Below, piece after piece: positions 13,475 to 27,600 of a stretch of 64,000 nt of DNA. The notes under the pieces are model-generated. The model was given only the letters and a program-made list of their open reading frames with translations, had not been told where the DNA came from and searched no databases. Positions within the stretch are counted from its first letter, which is position 1. Each line of letters opens with the position of its first letter. This DNA is from Octopus sinensis (Eukaryota), in contig NC_043002.1 in assembly GCF_006345805.1 (NCBI RefSeq), positions 74,834,001 to 74,898,000 of the forward strand, given 5' to 3'. Position numbers and translations under genes: made by a program.

Positions 13475-14902
13475 CATTATTGTTGTTTTAATGTCCACTT
13501 TGCTATATATATTTATTTCCATGACCAGGTGCCCTTCACTTGTGTCGAAATAAGGTAATATTTTCCGATGGTTGGACATGTTTTCTTAGGATATTGGAAA
13601 TGAGTGATGCTGCTAGTATGATGGTAACACTCATTTATAACTAGTGCACAATATCCAGGCAAAGCAGCAAACACTTACACACATGCATATACATATGTGT
13701 ATGCACACGCGACACACACACACACACCATAATGGTTTTGTTTCAGTTTTCATCTACCAAGTACATTCACATGAATTTGGTTGGCCTATAGCTATTGTAG
13801 AGGACACCTGTCCAAAGAGCTATGCAGTTGAGTGAAACCCAAAACTGCAAATTCAGTGAGTGAACAGTTAAGAGGTTAAGATATTCACTCTTAACCTCTT
13901 AACCACACAGCTGTGCACATATATATATACAAAATCATTATTTAATGCCTGGTTTTCATGCTGGTATGGGTTGGATGGTTTAACAAGAGCTGGCCAACCA
14001 GAGAGCTTTCCAGGTTCCGGTTGTCTGTTGTGGCATAGTTTCTACAGCTGGTTGCACCTCTGAATGCCAACCACTTTACAGAGTGTACTGGTTGCTTTTT
14101 ACATGGTTCTGGCATGAGAGTATTTTTACAGTGTGCATGTGTATATTTATATATCAAAACAAGTCAAGAAATAAAAGCATAAAAAAGTGAGACCAATCAT
14201 ATACTCAAAGCATATAGTTATATATTGTATTATTTAAAATTTATATTAGGGATTCGGGACATTAAACGATGGGCAATCTTAAAGCATTTCAGGCTCCTTG
14301 AAGAGTTTATGGTAGATTGTCCAGTTCTGTTAAGTATATGTGTGTGTATTTAATTTTTGTATTTGTTTTGCAAGATTTTTGATATGAAATTGTGTGTTGA
14401 AATCCCATTGGAGGGTCATTTTGCCAATGAAAGCACATGCACTGGTTGTATTTTGCTTTATTATTATTAAATTAGTTAATTAAATTGTTTGTTTGACCAA
14501 TCATTTGATCAATCGGCTGGTTTGTCTGAATCCTTTCATTATTGTTAGCAGTCACATCACTGTGTCCTTATCCATACCAAGTCTATTACAAACTGGAATC
14601 ATTGTTTCTTTCAGTGTTTATACTGTTTGGATTGTGTATGCGTGTTTCATTTGAACTGGGTGCTTCGTGTGCATAGGTGTATATGTGTATTGCATGGCTA
14701 GTGTTTATGTGTATGTGCAGGCATGCATGTGTGTGTTCATGTAAGGATGGATGTTGTTTATTCCTGTGTGTTAGCATTTATTACTTCCTCTCGGGAAATT
14801 TCTCATGCAAATCCAATCACACCCACATCTATTACTGCCCCTCATGGTGGGCTGGAGGACCATATTTTGCCTGTGTATATTTTCTTTTGCTTTGGTTTCT
14901 AG

Positions 14903-15071
14903 AATTGGATGTCCTTCAATTCACAATGTTACAGATTCTATGGGATGCATTTATTGTGGCACCATCAAGGAAGAGGCTGTTACTACCATGACGAAACTAA
15001 AGAGCAGAGGTCCCCCTTGTGCGCACTTCTCCACTCATTCACCAATTGCTTTACAGCATGTGCTGAGTTGA
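14903..15071 (+). CDS. candidate longer terminal exon XIGCPSIHNVTDSMGCIYCGTIKEEAVTTMTKLKSRGPPCAHFSTHSPIALQHVLS*
   Basis: Acceptor tttcttttgctttggtttctag|a; long open phase-2 frame in locally GC-richer unique sequence. Confidence 0.4.
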
Positions 15072-15384
15072 TTTTTATAGTGAGCTTCCCTTATACTCCC
15101 TAATATTAGAGAGTTCTCACTAGTTTATGCAGTGTTTCTTCCTTCCAGCCTTCATGATTGAGGAAATAAATGAAACGGAGAGAGTGATGTTAGAGAAGAA
15201 CCAGAGTAGATGTTTCAAAAGAGTGAGGGAGCGCTGCAGGGTAATAGAGGTAGTTAAATGATGAGGGTAAGTGATGGATGCCAATAACAAATGGCTGGTG
15301 GGAGTAAGGGAGTGATGACTAGAAACTATAGATGGGTCATAGGCATAACTGAAGCACTCATTTGAGCATGTGTGTTTGTGCGTG

Positions 15385-15860
15385 TTTGCACATATATGTA
15401 TATATGTGCATATGTATATATGTGCATATATATATATATGTGCATATATATATATATGTGCATATGTATATATGTGCATATATATATATATGTGCATATG
15501 TATATATGTGCATATATATATATATGTGCATATGTATATATGTGCATATATATATATATGTGCATATGTATATATGTGCATATGTATATATGTGCATATA
15601 TATATATGTGTATATAGATATGTATATATGCATATGTGTATATAGATATGTATATATGCATATGTGTATATAGATATGTATATATGCATATGTGTATATG
15701 CGTATGTATATATATGTGTATTTGTATATATGTTTATATATATGTGTGTGTATGTATATGCACATAAGTGTAAATGTGTGTTTATGTCTGTGCCTGTACA
15801 TGTATGTATGTGTGTTTGTATATATACATACAGATATGTGTTTATACATGGCTGCATATG
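15385..15860. repeat. compound (TA)n/gtgcata minisatellite
   Basis: Tandem tatatgtgcata units with variable TA runs. Confidence 0.9.
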
Positions 15861-16361
15861 TGTGCACATGGTGACTCACACAAACATTAATGCACACATA
15901 TGTCATATGTATTTATAAATGTATGTGTTTTGGAAGTGATATGGGGATGGTATATAAATACAGAATGATTAGAAAATATATGAGTAGTGGTAACATTTTT
16001 ATATGTATACTTGAATTTAATTTCATTAAGTAGATTACTATATGTATACATATATATATTCTCCTTTATACAATCGAATGTGCATTATGTGTGTATGTGT
16101 GTCACATACACATGCATGCATATACATACTTATATATATGTATATATATATATATAGATATAATTTTGTAAATTCTGTATGACAGTATATATTTATGAGA
16201 GGTGCATGTGAGTATGCGTGCGTGCATGCTTAGATTCATCTGTGATTATGTATCTGTTTATACACCCACCCACACATTGACACTTATGTGCATGCTCTTA
16301 TAAATATGAACATTCATACACAATATAAAATTTTATATATAGATATTTATGCGTGTGTGTG

Positions 16362-16466
<105 letters not shown>

Positions 16467-16867
16467 CACATGTAGTGATATGTGCTTGCACATTCTTTGA
16501 ATATCTTCCTCTGTATGGTTAGTTAAGCTAACTGCTTTAAAGAAAGAGAGAAAAATAAAGAAAAAAAGTAAGAAATTACTGATGCATCTATTTGCTTATG
16601 AATTATATATAAAATCCCTACTTCAATCGTATTAGAACACAAACACATAGATTCCTAAATGTCATTTCAAGTCAGGATTAAAATATCTAATCTTTTACTT
16701 CTACCTCTGCTTGGCATTTTGCATATACAGTTCTTAGTTTCCTTCCCAACTGTTTTGTTTTCTTGTTTATTTGAAAACCAGTTCAGACAGATGGACTGAT
16801 TTGAAATAATCAATATTTTGCTTTTAAATAAGTTTATTTACTTATTTTTATATTTATCTACCTATCT

Positions 16868-16930
<63 letters not shown>

Positions 16931-17131
16931 GTCTACCTACCTATATATATATATATATATATATATGTTTGTATAGATTCATTTATTTCCTTGTTTCTTC
17001 ATTGCTCTTGCCATTTCCTTGTTCATTTCCCACCAATATTGTGTATATGCATTTATAAATACATATACACTACACAGGCATATACAATATATCTACACAT
17101 GTGTATGTGAGGTATATATGCATATTTACAT

Positions 17132-17163
<32 letters not shown>

Positions 17164-17329
17164 ATATATATATATATATATACGTGTATGTGTGTACGTG
17201 CATGTATGTATACACATGCATACACATATATGTATGTATGTATGTGCATGTGTGTTTAAATATGTGTATGAATTTGTGTATGTGTGTATAAATGAAACAA
17301 AAATAAGTTAAGAGAAATAACTTAGACTT

Positions 17330-17875
17330 GCCAGTGCCATTGATTAACAGAGATGAATAAATCTTATATTAAATACCATACAAGATAAATTCTCGATTTA
17401 TTGAAACCATTTCCACTTCCAGAGAAGGTAGAGCAATCACTTGATGGCAATTTGGATTAACTCTAAATGAGAAGGGGAGACAATCTCAAGAATTGTGAAT
17501 TCTGCAAAATTAACATGATATTTAGGAAAAGAATGTCTGATTAACTGGACACTTGAGTGGACAACTGTGGAATTGTGTTTCTGCACCAGTAGATGTCATC
17601 AGCACAGTGATTGTCCTACATTATCTCCTGTAGGCAGGACACTTATTCATATATAAAGAGTATTGTACATTTTAAGGTCTAGCTAATTTGCATTAATGAG
17701 ATGAATAACTGAAAGAAATAACTCTGAGGGGTCAGTGGCATGTATTTGATTAACAAAGATGAAAGAGGGTATATTAAATACCATATAAGTTAAATTTTTG
17801 ATTCATAAAAACCATCTCTGCTTCCACAAGAGGTAGAATAATTTATTCATGCCAATGGGACCAACTCCAGAACCT
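17330..17875 (-). mobile_element. decayed Penelope-like GIY-YIG endonuclease remnant with diverged ~140 bp direct repeat
   Basis: Minus-strand translation with stops gives NTLYI..NVGQS..RHSF..FTILEIV; 17330-17465 resembles 17731-17870. Confidence 0.4.
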
Positions 17876-18583
17876 CACCAAAATTGACATACCATAAAAG
17901 AAAAGACAGTTTGATTGTCCGGAGATGAGAGAATAGGAGTGGACAGCCATGGGTGTATGGTATGAAGTTTGCCTCCCAACCACATGGCTCCAGGTCCAGT
18001 CTCACTGTGTGGAATCATGGGCAAGTGTGTTTGGCTATAGCCCTGTGCCAACCAAAGCCTTGTGAATGGAAAGAAGACTGTCAGATATAAAAAAAATATG
18101 ATAATGATGGTATGTGCGTGTGTGTATTTTTCTATGGTATCACATAAAAAGCACCCAGTACACTCTAAAGTGGTTGGCTTTAGGAAGGGCATCCAGCTGT
18201 AGAAAGCAGACCCAAACAGTCTATGGAATCGGGTGCAGCTCCTGGCCTTGTCATTTCCTGTCAAACCATCCAACCCATGCCAGCATGGAAAACTGATGTT
18301 AAATGATCCTGGTGGGGTGTGTGTGTGTCCCCTCATAAATTTTGCTGAAGTAAAATTTCACTTCTTGTCACCAATTGTTACCTTTTCAACAAAGGTAATA
18401 TTTTCTTCAGTTTAAGAACAACACAATGTCTGGGCATAATTCTGTGGAAGATTGCAGACAAAAGCTTCATCTATGGTATTGACACTCACTTACTACTACC
18501 CTGCACTATCCAAACAACAAAACATGAATAGTGTGCACGCACGCACACGCCTGTGTCTATCTATCTATTGATCCATCCATCCA

Positions 18584-18702
<119 letters not shown>

Positions 18703-19508
18703 GGCTTCTTTCAGTTTTTGTCTACCAAATCAAGGTATGAGGCTGCTGTGATTGAAGACACTTGCCCAACATGCTGCACAGTTAAACTGAACCTAAAACT
18801 TATCAATCACACAGTTATGTCTGTACTTCAATTTGTATGTAATATACACAGGCACAGATTATGCATATATGAGTTGTATGTGTGAGTGTATACACGCCTC
18901 CACACAAACATCCCCACTACTTGTGTGTGTGTGTATATATATGCATATACATATATACTTGTAAGTATGTAAATACATGATTTACACATCTACCTATACA
19001 CTTGTGTGTATGTGTATATATGTAAATATATGCAGCCATACATGAAGGATAATAAGAATTACTAAGACTATGATACTGTATTGACTTATTTTAATGATTA
19101 AGAGATGTGGTGTGATTGGGGGTCTTTGAGAAATCAATTTCAGAACAATACAACTGAAAATTTCTTTTCTATTTATTTTGTATTAATATCATTTACACTG
19201 TAGTAAAAATGTTCTTGCTGCCAGGTTTCTTCGGCAGAAAATCTTCCGTTGTGTATTTTCTTTTCTAGTTGTTCATATCCTTTCTCTTTCTTAAATATAT
19301 CAATACTAAATTCTTAATTTGATTACTTACATTTTCTCTTGGCTTTGTTTCCCTTTATGATTTTACATTTGTATATTAGAAGTAAAAATTTTTTTTAACA
19401 TTATGTGTACATTGTCCTGTGTGTATATGTATGTGTTTTTGCATGTGTGTGTATGTGTGTTAAAGTTACCTTTCACTTATATTCCTAATTGCTATTGTTC
19501 TTTAACAG

Positions 19509-19664
19509 TGCTTTTTGAGGATCAGTTGCCTTCGCCAATTCGGTCACTGGGTCACTCAGTTGCCAGGTATTGATCTGTCTTATCGCCAGAAGGAAGCTAT
19601 GTTTTTTGGACCCACTAATGCCGGGGACACTGTGGAGAATGAGAAAGTTGCTCAGGAAAGAATG
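19509..19664 (+). CDS. 156-nt exon; phase 0 reads CFLRISCLRQFGHWVTQLPGIDLSYRQKEAMFFGPTNAGDTVENEKVAQERM, phase 2 reads XAF*
   Basis: Acceptor ttgttctttaacag with upstream cctaat, donor ATG|GTAAGT, locally high GC/CpG, length a multiple of 3, one fully open frame. Confidence 0.65.
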
Positions 19665-19799
19665 GTAAGTCTTTGAAATATTCTGTCTTTTCCTCCATCT
19701 CTTGATTCCTTTTCTGTCTTATTTCAGTGTTTTTCTTTGCTTCTTGGACATTTTATTTGTTAAATTCTTCTTTGTTTTGTTGCAGGTAAGTCCATTAAA

Positions 19800-20480
19800 C
19801 ACCTCAACTCCATCCCACCCCATCTTCCCTGTACTTCTGGACTTGGATGGTTTAACTGTTTATTGATTAATATCTGATAGAAAGTCACAAGCAGGATATG
19901 GGGAATTTTGTGTTGAAGTGTTGAGAAAAGTGTTTGAAGCACAACTTAATATGTCCTCCACTGTGATCCAACCAATGTTTTACAGAGAGAGAAGGTTGAT
20001 GCTAGAGCAAGTGAATGCAAAAAAAGCTGTCTTCATATTGGAAGCTGATAGGGTCATGCTTGAATAGAATTGAATAGAAAAGGGAAAGTAATTTGCCATA
20101 ATGGATTTGTTTGATACACAAAGTGGGAAGATAATTTGCCATGAAGGATTTTTCGACAAGACAGATATCCCTCTTTCTGGATGTGTTCTTAATATCATGC
20201 TGATGGAGGTAGCTGCACACATATATGATGTTATTTAAGTCTAGATAAATTTTTATTAAATAGATGATTGAAGGCAATAACCATCACGACCATATCTTCC
20301 TAAGAATATATAGATGTACATTATGTAGCGTGTCCTTATTTTAAGAGTTGGAGGGAGAGTTTGCGTGTTGAGCAACCATAAGAGACTCCCTTGTTGATTC
20401 CTTGTAAAAATCCAGTCATGACTAAACTGAGCATGTATTAAAAGGGCACTTATTCTGAGGTGCATCTCCTTGATCCTCTT
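19800..20480 (-). mobile_element. decayed Penelope-like reverse transcriptase remnant
   Basis: Frameshifted minus ORFs (TRYIMYIYIF; KSFMANYLP...LSLFYS) resemble PLE RT RYIDD and thumb motifs from memory. Confidence 0.4.
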
Positions 20481-22198
20481 TTCTAAAGTTATGGTAAATA
20501 TTCAGCTTGCATATGTATCATATCCATAATAGCTGGAAGAATCTTTACTTTTCAATTACATACTCAAATATATATATCATTTAATATTTGTTTTCCATGC
20601 TGGCAGGGATTGGAATGTTTGACAGGAGCTGGCAAACTGCTGGCCTGCAGACTCTAATGGTTTATTTCAACATGGTTTTTATGGTCAGATGCCCTTCCTA
20701 ATGCCAACCACTTTACAGAGTATACTGGGTGTTTTATATGGCACTGGTGCTTTCTATGTGGCACTAGTACATGGGTGCCTCTAATCTACAAACACAGGCA
20801 CAGGTGTGTTTTATGTGGCTCAAGAACAGGTGCTCTTTACATTTATATCTTTGTGTACCTATACACACATACATGTACATATGTGTATGTGTGTACACAC
20901 ACATATATACATTTGTATGTGTGTGTGCCTTGTCTAATATTATAATTATTTACTTTTTAAATTGGGCATCAACCCTTTATCTGAGAGGTGGAATATAGTT
21001 GGAATAATAACCCAAGTATCTTAATGGTATTTAAATTTCTGGAAATGATTTTGAAAGAAGGCTGGGTCTCTTTTGGAAATATTTGACCCCCCTGAACATT
21101 GAGGTATCAATTGTTGGCTATACTTTGGTATTTTAACTGGTACATATGTTTATCAAGCTTGGAGAAACAAAGATAATGTTGGCCATGGTGAATAAATACC
21201 AGTCATGTACCAATGTCGATGTAGTTGATTATATCTTTGATGGTGGTGCTCCAGCATGTTCACAGTCCAATGCATGAAACCAGTCAACGAATAAAAGAAT
21301 AGATTCTATTTCAACTTTTTCATTCTTGACCTCCACCCTTTCTCCCCTCCCACCCAATTTCCTTAGATGTTATTTGATGTCTGTTGCAGGATTTGAACAT
21401 GTCACCTTAGAGGTTGTGCAGTTCATGTTATTAACCATCTTGCTATCGCACTTCTAAAAACAAATGATGTTTTTTTTTACGTTTTTATTATTTCTTGTGT
21501 TTGTGAAAAGAGAGAAAAGTGGAGGAAATTAGAAATTAAAAAAGAAAAAAAGAAAAAGCAAAACAAAAACCATATTTGCAAAGTACTGTTCTCTTTTTAT
21601 ACCTCCCCCCCTACCTGCCCTTATGTCTAATAATTTTCTCCTCGAATAGATTTTCAGTGAAAGATCCTAATTATATTATTGCTAAGTAGCTTTATGAACT
21701 TCCCAAATTATGATGCCTATTTCCTGGCTTAATTTCTTTCTTATTTCTTTATTTGCTTTTTATCTTTTTTTTTGTGTTGAAGTTTAAATACTGAGTTTAA
21801 TTAAGCAATTTTTGTTGTTGTTGTTTGTGTGTACTTCAATTATTGTATTATATTATCTTTTATTTTTTCTTAGTACATGATTGATTTATTTATTTTTATT
21901 TTGATGAAAGTAATTTTTTTTCACCTCCCACCTCTCCTCTCCCACCTCTTTTGTAATTTTGTGTGAGTGGCAATATGTGAGAATAAACCTGGAAGTGTGT
22001 GGGTGTTATGAAAACGAAGCATTAGCATACTTCCATTGTGCCTGTTATAGTGACGCGGTTTTCTGTCATCCTTTTGTTACAGTTATGCATGATTAATTCT
22101 AGTGGACAAAACATTGCGAAAGAAATTCTCTATAATCAATATTCTTTGTACTAAATCTTGTTTGTTAAAAATAACTTTGCATTATTTTGTTTCTGTAG

Positions 22199-22256
22199 TG
22201 GTGAGGGCAACGATGATCATTTTGATGATGATGATGGTAGTGGTGGGAGATATTGA
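22199..22256 (+). CDS. candidate alternative terminal exon XGEGNDDHFDDDDGSGGRY*
   Basis: attattttgtttctgtag|t ggt gag...; partly a (gat)n low-complexity run. Confidence 0.25.
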
Positions 22257-22324
22257 TGATGGCAAAAGAGGGAATGTTGTTTGTTGGCAAGCATGAGGCA
22301 TCTTTTTCTCTTCATTGAACGCAG

Positions 22325-22394
22325 TTTTACCAGTGAGAATTCATCCGCGCATGATATTCACAATGATTGTAAAGTTCAAGCTACTAGTGTCTGA
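22325..22394 (+). CDS. candidate alternative terminal exon XFTSENSSAHDIHNDCKVQATSV*
   Basis: tctttttctcttcattgaacgcag|t; CpG-containing unique sequence; canonical class I PDZ ligand T-S-V; second in-frame acceptor at 22334. Confidence 0.55.
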
Positions 22395-22685
22395 CCTTGA
22401 GCGATGATGTGAAAGGCTTACAGTTGTTGGTTCTGTTTGCTTCTCTCTGTCTCCTTTCTCTCCCTCTCTTTCTCCCATGTCACTATTCCTCCTATCTTTC
22501 TCAGTTTCTTTTTCAAAAAGGTTTTTTTTTTAAAAAAAACATCTTAGGGTTGGATGATCCAGTAATTTTAAATATTTCCAGAAAACTTGTTCAACTAGTT
22601 TTTTTTGGTTACCTTGGGAGGGTAATTATGCCAATAATACTAATCACATACACTGGTTCAGTTTCACTTCTTTATTATTCTTCAG

Positions 22686-22701
22686 TTGGTTTGCTATTTA
22701 A
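22686..22701 (+). CDS. candidate alternative terminal exon XWFAI*
   Basis: cttctttattattcttcag|t tgg ttt gct att taa; class II-like end. Confidence 0.4.
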
Positions 22702-24338
22702 ACTATATTTAATTTAAAATTCTCTTCTTAATTGAAATCTACATCCAAATACAAAATGATTTTAAAATTGAAGAAGGAAACAAACTGGCACTCCAGTATG
22801 ACAATGAGTGTTCCAGTTGATCCGATCGAGACAACGCACTACCAGGAACTGAACTCATAATCATGTGATGGATACTCTAGCCACTAAGCCAATCCATGTC
22901 CCTTCATGAGCTCTCTATATATCATCATTTGAATGTCCACTTTTCTATGCTTTCATTGGTCAGATAGAATTTGTTGGGGGTAGTTCTCTACAACCAGAAG
23001 CCCTTCCTATCATTCATTCTCACCTGTTCCCAAACAAGGTCATATTTCCCTATGGCCAGACTTGTTTTTCACAGAAGGCTGGAAATGAACAATGATGCTC
23101 ATTTACAACCATCGCATGACAAGAGTTCTCTGTCTCTCTCTCACTCTCATACACATACACCCTAAGCTTTGCCCAGCTTGGGGTTATACTGAAGAACTTT
23201 CCCAAGGTGCAATACATTGGGTCTGAACCTGAGACCACATGGCTGGTAAGTAAGCTTCTCTACCATGCATGCCTATGCCCACACACCTGCGGTTTAAATA
23301 TTAATACCCACCTGAATTTAGTTTTGAGTTTTTGTCATAACAATCCATTACATTAAGTTGATAATATGGTGCAGAGTTAAGTGTATAGACTTCAGTTATT
23401 TTACTATTGTTGTTACTTCAAATCAACCTTGATTGAACACTTCTTTGATTCAGAGGATTAGTGTCAATCTCATTGATCTAATAGGATTTGTGAAGAGTAT
23501 GGGCATTGCTCTTTTCTTTAGACTCAGCAAGTGAAAAGAAAAAGTTCTAGGTATGACCACTCTGTTCTTTTTCTAAGGTATTGCAGATCTAGAATTATAT
23601 AATACAATATTGTCTTTCTTTGTCAAGATAGTGAGGTGTAATTCACAGGCAGTTTGGTTTCTATTACTAGCAGGTTAAGTGACCACATAAATTGCTGTCT
23701 CCCTCTATTTTACGCCCCTCTTTCTCTCATTATCTTACTTTGTTTCAGTGAAATCTACTGCTTCATGTTTTCCAATCTCACTAGAGTTACTTCAGTTTTA
23801 CTTGTATTCTTCTGCAGTCAGTAGTGTAAATTACCTGTAAGTACAACTGAAGTAAACTTTGGTTTTTGAGTGCCATTCATCTCTTTTATAAATTATGAGC
23901 TATAATGATTTCTAGTATTTTGTCAAGACCATATTTTAGTAGGGGCGGCATGTACTTGATTTAAAAAAAAATTTTTTAATTTTTTTTTTATTAATGCCAG
24001 TACTTAAATGGTATGTAGTTTATTGATCTCTCAGAAAGTTGTAAAGCAAAATCAACCCTGACAATATATGAATTGTCGATGTAAAGGAATGTAACTTAAG
24101 GCATGTTGTCTGTTCCTTTACCATTTCTGTAACTTCACTTACCTACATAGAGATTACAATGGAAGAAGCATATTGTTTTAGTTTCTCCTTATTTGAAGCT
24201 ACTTGTTCCTATCCTATCTGTCTTTTCTTTTTCTTCTTTACATTGTCATATATGTGACTATCTTTTCTTTGAGAACTTCTTTCCCAGGACTTTAGGCTTC
24301 TGGAATTTCCTTCCTACTTGTTTGTTCCTTTCAAATAG

Positions 24339-24348
24339 TAATCTGTAA
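24339..24348 (+). CDS. candidate mini terminal exon XNL* (longer in-frame form from 24288)
   Basis: tttgttcctttcaaatag|t aat ctg taa; both forms end S-N-L. Confidence 0.35.
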
Positions 24349-24667
24349 AGGTTTGAACCAAACATCAACTGTTTTAACCTCCTCCATCTCTCTATTCTCA
24401 GATAACTAGCACTGTAAATGAGACAATGAAACCTGTTACATACATGTTGATGACCAACACTACCTCACATTGTCTTTCAGGGAAACTTAGTGATCTACAT
24501 AGATACCTTAGTTTTTCTGTTTAGTATATGATAGATAAGTGTCACACTTATACATGACTCTGGTAACAGATCATCTGATATTGTTAACTGCAATTGACCA
24601 GCATTTTAGCAAGAAGAAAAATATATCTTGAGTTTTCTGAGATATGATAGGTTAAAGCCTTAGTCAT

Positions 24668-24886
24668 TTAACCCTTTAGCATTTAAACTGATCATATTCA
24701 GCCCAAATGTTCTGGCTTTTTTATGTTCAGATCTGGCCTCTCACATCTACCTTACAATGTTGTTCTAAGAATATTCAATAACATTATCAAAATCTCAAAG
24801 CCACAAGATAATACATGATTAATTCAAAACAATTTCAATAAATAAGCTTTACACTTGACGCAGTAGTCTGAATGCTTAAGGGTTAA
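24668..24886. mobile_element. piggyBac-type MITE (family A)
   Basis: TTAA at both ends; TIR ccctttagcatt...aatgcttaaggg; copies at 11768, 26120, 52882, 53088 and 63415. Confidence 0.85.
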
Positions 24887-27264
24887 CATCTACTTTCCTA
24901 TACTTGCATGGGTCAGATGGAATTTGAGGCTCTTTCTGTCACTAACCCTTGCCTTTTTTCAAGCAAGATAATATTTTCCTATAGCTAGATGTGCCATTCA
25001 CTGAAAACTGGAAGTAAATGTCACTTGCAAAGTATGATGTTTATTTACAACTCTCACACAATTTCCTGACAAAGATTTCTTTCAGTTCCCTTCTACCAAA
25101 TTCACAAAACTTTAATTGGTTTGGGGCTCTAGTAGAAGATACTTGCCCAAGGTGCCATGCAGTGGGACTGAGCCCAGGACTCCAAAGTCAGGAAGCAAAC
25201 TTTTCAACCACACAGCCATGCCTGCACCTTTACTTTATTTGATAAAAAAAAAAAACACTGAAGTTTTGTCATATTAGATCTCAGTTGATGAAATTAATTA
25301 AAAAAAAGCTTACTTGAGTTCCATACTTATTTGTGCACTGTGTAGCAAATTGAATGACTGATGGTGTTGGTGATTGCAAACTGAGAGTAATGTCTGTTTT
25401 ATCAGCTCGGTAAATGGAAATAAGCACAATATGGATTGAGATTTATTGCAGACCTCTAACTACTTAAGTACTGCACCCCTTTATGCTGTGATTATCTTTC
25501 AACAATTATTTGGTAACATCAAGTTATTATTAGGTATGCTCAGTTCTGTTGCTGCTGCTGTTATTTCTGAATATTATTGCAATAACTTCTATATAAAACT
25601 TAGATGGGCTTGGTTTTAATTAGACAGAGATAATTTATCATTATCTACATTATGTAACATTTTTGTTAAAATGTTATCAAGAAATGGTAAAAGCAAACAA
25701 TAGCTTCATTTCGCATTTAAAATTTTTCATTATTGTTTTCTTTGCTGTTAATTGTCTTTTATTTTCTTTTTATCTCTATATATATTTCTCCTCGTTCTTC
25801 ATGTTATTTAATAAATTTCTGTATTTGTGTAAATGAGTAAATGAACATTAAATGTTTTCAGCTGATTAAATGCTTTTAAAATTGCACTGTTAGAAGTTGA
25901 TTGCATAATTTGATGTTCTCCATTAAACTTGATGTCACTTCATTGTGATAATTTTCTGCTTATCAAGATAACAACAGCAGTGTTAGCCAGGTTTTGGTAG
26001 GGAATCTTGTGGTTAGGGATTAACTCCAATATGTGAAAGACTGCATGCAAGTTCATTACTAACAGAAATCATGGATTTGATGAATCATTGTAGATTCTAG
26101 AAGAAGAGGTATTCCACACAAGTTTAGCATTTACACTGACCTTACCTGGCTGAAATATTCTACCTGTTCTATGCTCATACCAGCCAGAACTGGCTTTTCC
26201 AACTATCCTCCAATGTCATGCTAAAAATCTTGAAACTACAAAATAATGCCTGATAAATTCAAAACATCTGAATGCTAAAGAGTTAAAGCAATTACATTAG
26301 TTACTGCATGGTTTTCAGTCATTTTTGCTTCTGGAGTAAAACTACAACTGCTTTAATGTATATTGTTGGTTTTTCTTGGGTATCTCAACTAAAAAATTCT
26401 AAATATCTTTGCCTTGTTTCCAAGTAGATTTCATAAGTCTAAGTTTTGTTCTTTGTAGCAGTTTCCTATTGCTCAATATACAAGAAATTAATAGATGATG
26501 ATGGCTCTGCCTGTCTCTCATATATCATCATCATCATCATCATCATATATATATATATCATCATCATCATCATCATCGTTTAGCGTCCGTTTTCCATGCT
26601 AGCAATATATATATATGGATGTATAAATCAGTGCTGATGTAATTCTGTTGCTACTCAGTTTTGTCTCTTGACCATGTTACATCACTAAACTCTGAGTAAT
26701 AACAGATGGTAATTTCACCACTACAATATATTTTTACTCTCTAATTTTGTATTGTACTTTTTCCTCTTGTTTGTAAACTCAAATGCACATACACACACAC
26801 ACACACAAATTTTAAGTATCTTAGATATGTTATTGAACCTATTTACATATTACACACACACACACACACACACATGGTGTTATGTAGGATAGAGTCATTG
26901 GGAGCTGTTTCTTTGAACTGCACCCTTGGTGAGTTCAACAAGTCATGTTCAGAATCAATTAAATAAGATAGATTGAATGGTTTAATTTAATTGGATTTCT
27001 GAAAAGCAAGAACTTTCTCTCGGCATTTCAATGTGTAACCTAGTTTAATTCTCAGTGAACACACATGTGACTCAGATATTTGATCAAATAACCTTGTGTG
27101 ATCCACAGATCCAGTCCTCCAAATACATTTTGCCTTTACTAAATTTTATAATAACCTGCTCTCTTTGATATATTGTTTTTTTTTTTTTATTATTTAGATT
27201 GCAGTACGGTAGTCTTTATCATTTCTTTTACTCCATTACCAAATATATTCTTTTACACCTGTAG

Positions 27265-27289
27265 GTCTTTTGGTGTGACACACGTGTGA
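27265..27289 (+). CDS. candidate alternative terminal exon XSFGVTHV*
   Basis: attcttttacacctgtag|g tct ttt ggt gtg aca cac gtg tga; class I PDZ ligand T-H-V. Confidence 0.5.
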
Positions 27290-27338
27290 ACTTAGTTGGA
27301 ATGTGACTCTAATTTTTATCATTCTTTATTTTATTTAA

Positions 27339-27533
27339 GGCAGTGAGCTGGTAGAATCACCAGCATGCCAGACAAAATGCCTAGTGGCATTTTGTCAGTC
27401 TTTATGTTCTGAGGTCAAATTCTGCTGAAGTTGACTTTGCTTTCAAGTGCCAGTTGAGCACTAGGGTCAATGTAATCAATTAGCCTTCTCTCCTAAAGAT
27501 TTCAAGCCTTGCTCCTGTTGCAGAAAGGATTAT
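27339..27533 (+). mobile_element. Meta-domain-like tRNA SINE
   Basis: gagctggtagaatc...gttctgaggtcaaattc...gactttgc; related to 31319-31785. Confidence 0.7.
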
Positions 27534-27600
27534 TCTTTAGTGGTCTCCATGTGGAATTCATCACAGAACATTGGTTGAGGGTTAATTAGATCATTTACGA

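Noticed and set aside
22349-22396. C/D-box snoRNA (atgata...ctga)
   Set aside because: Imperfect C box, too short, no terminal stem; the coding reading explains it better.
22325-27289. Naming the host gene (KIRREL-like THV end, PMCA, 5-HT4, complexin)
   Set aside because: Three- or four-residue matches cannot identify a gene, and no conserved domain exon lies in the window.
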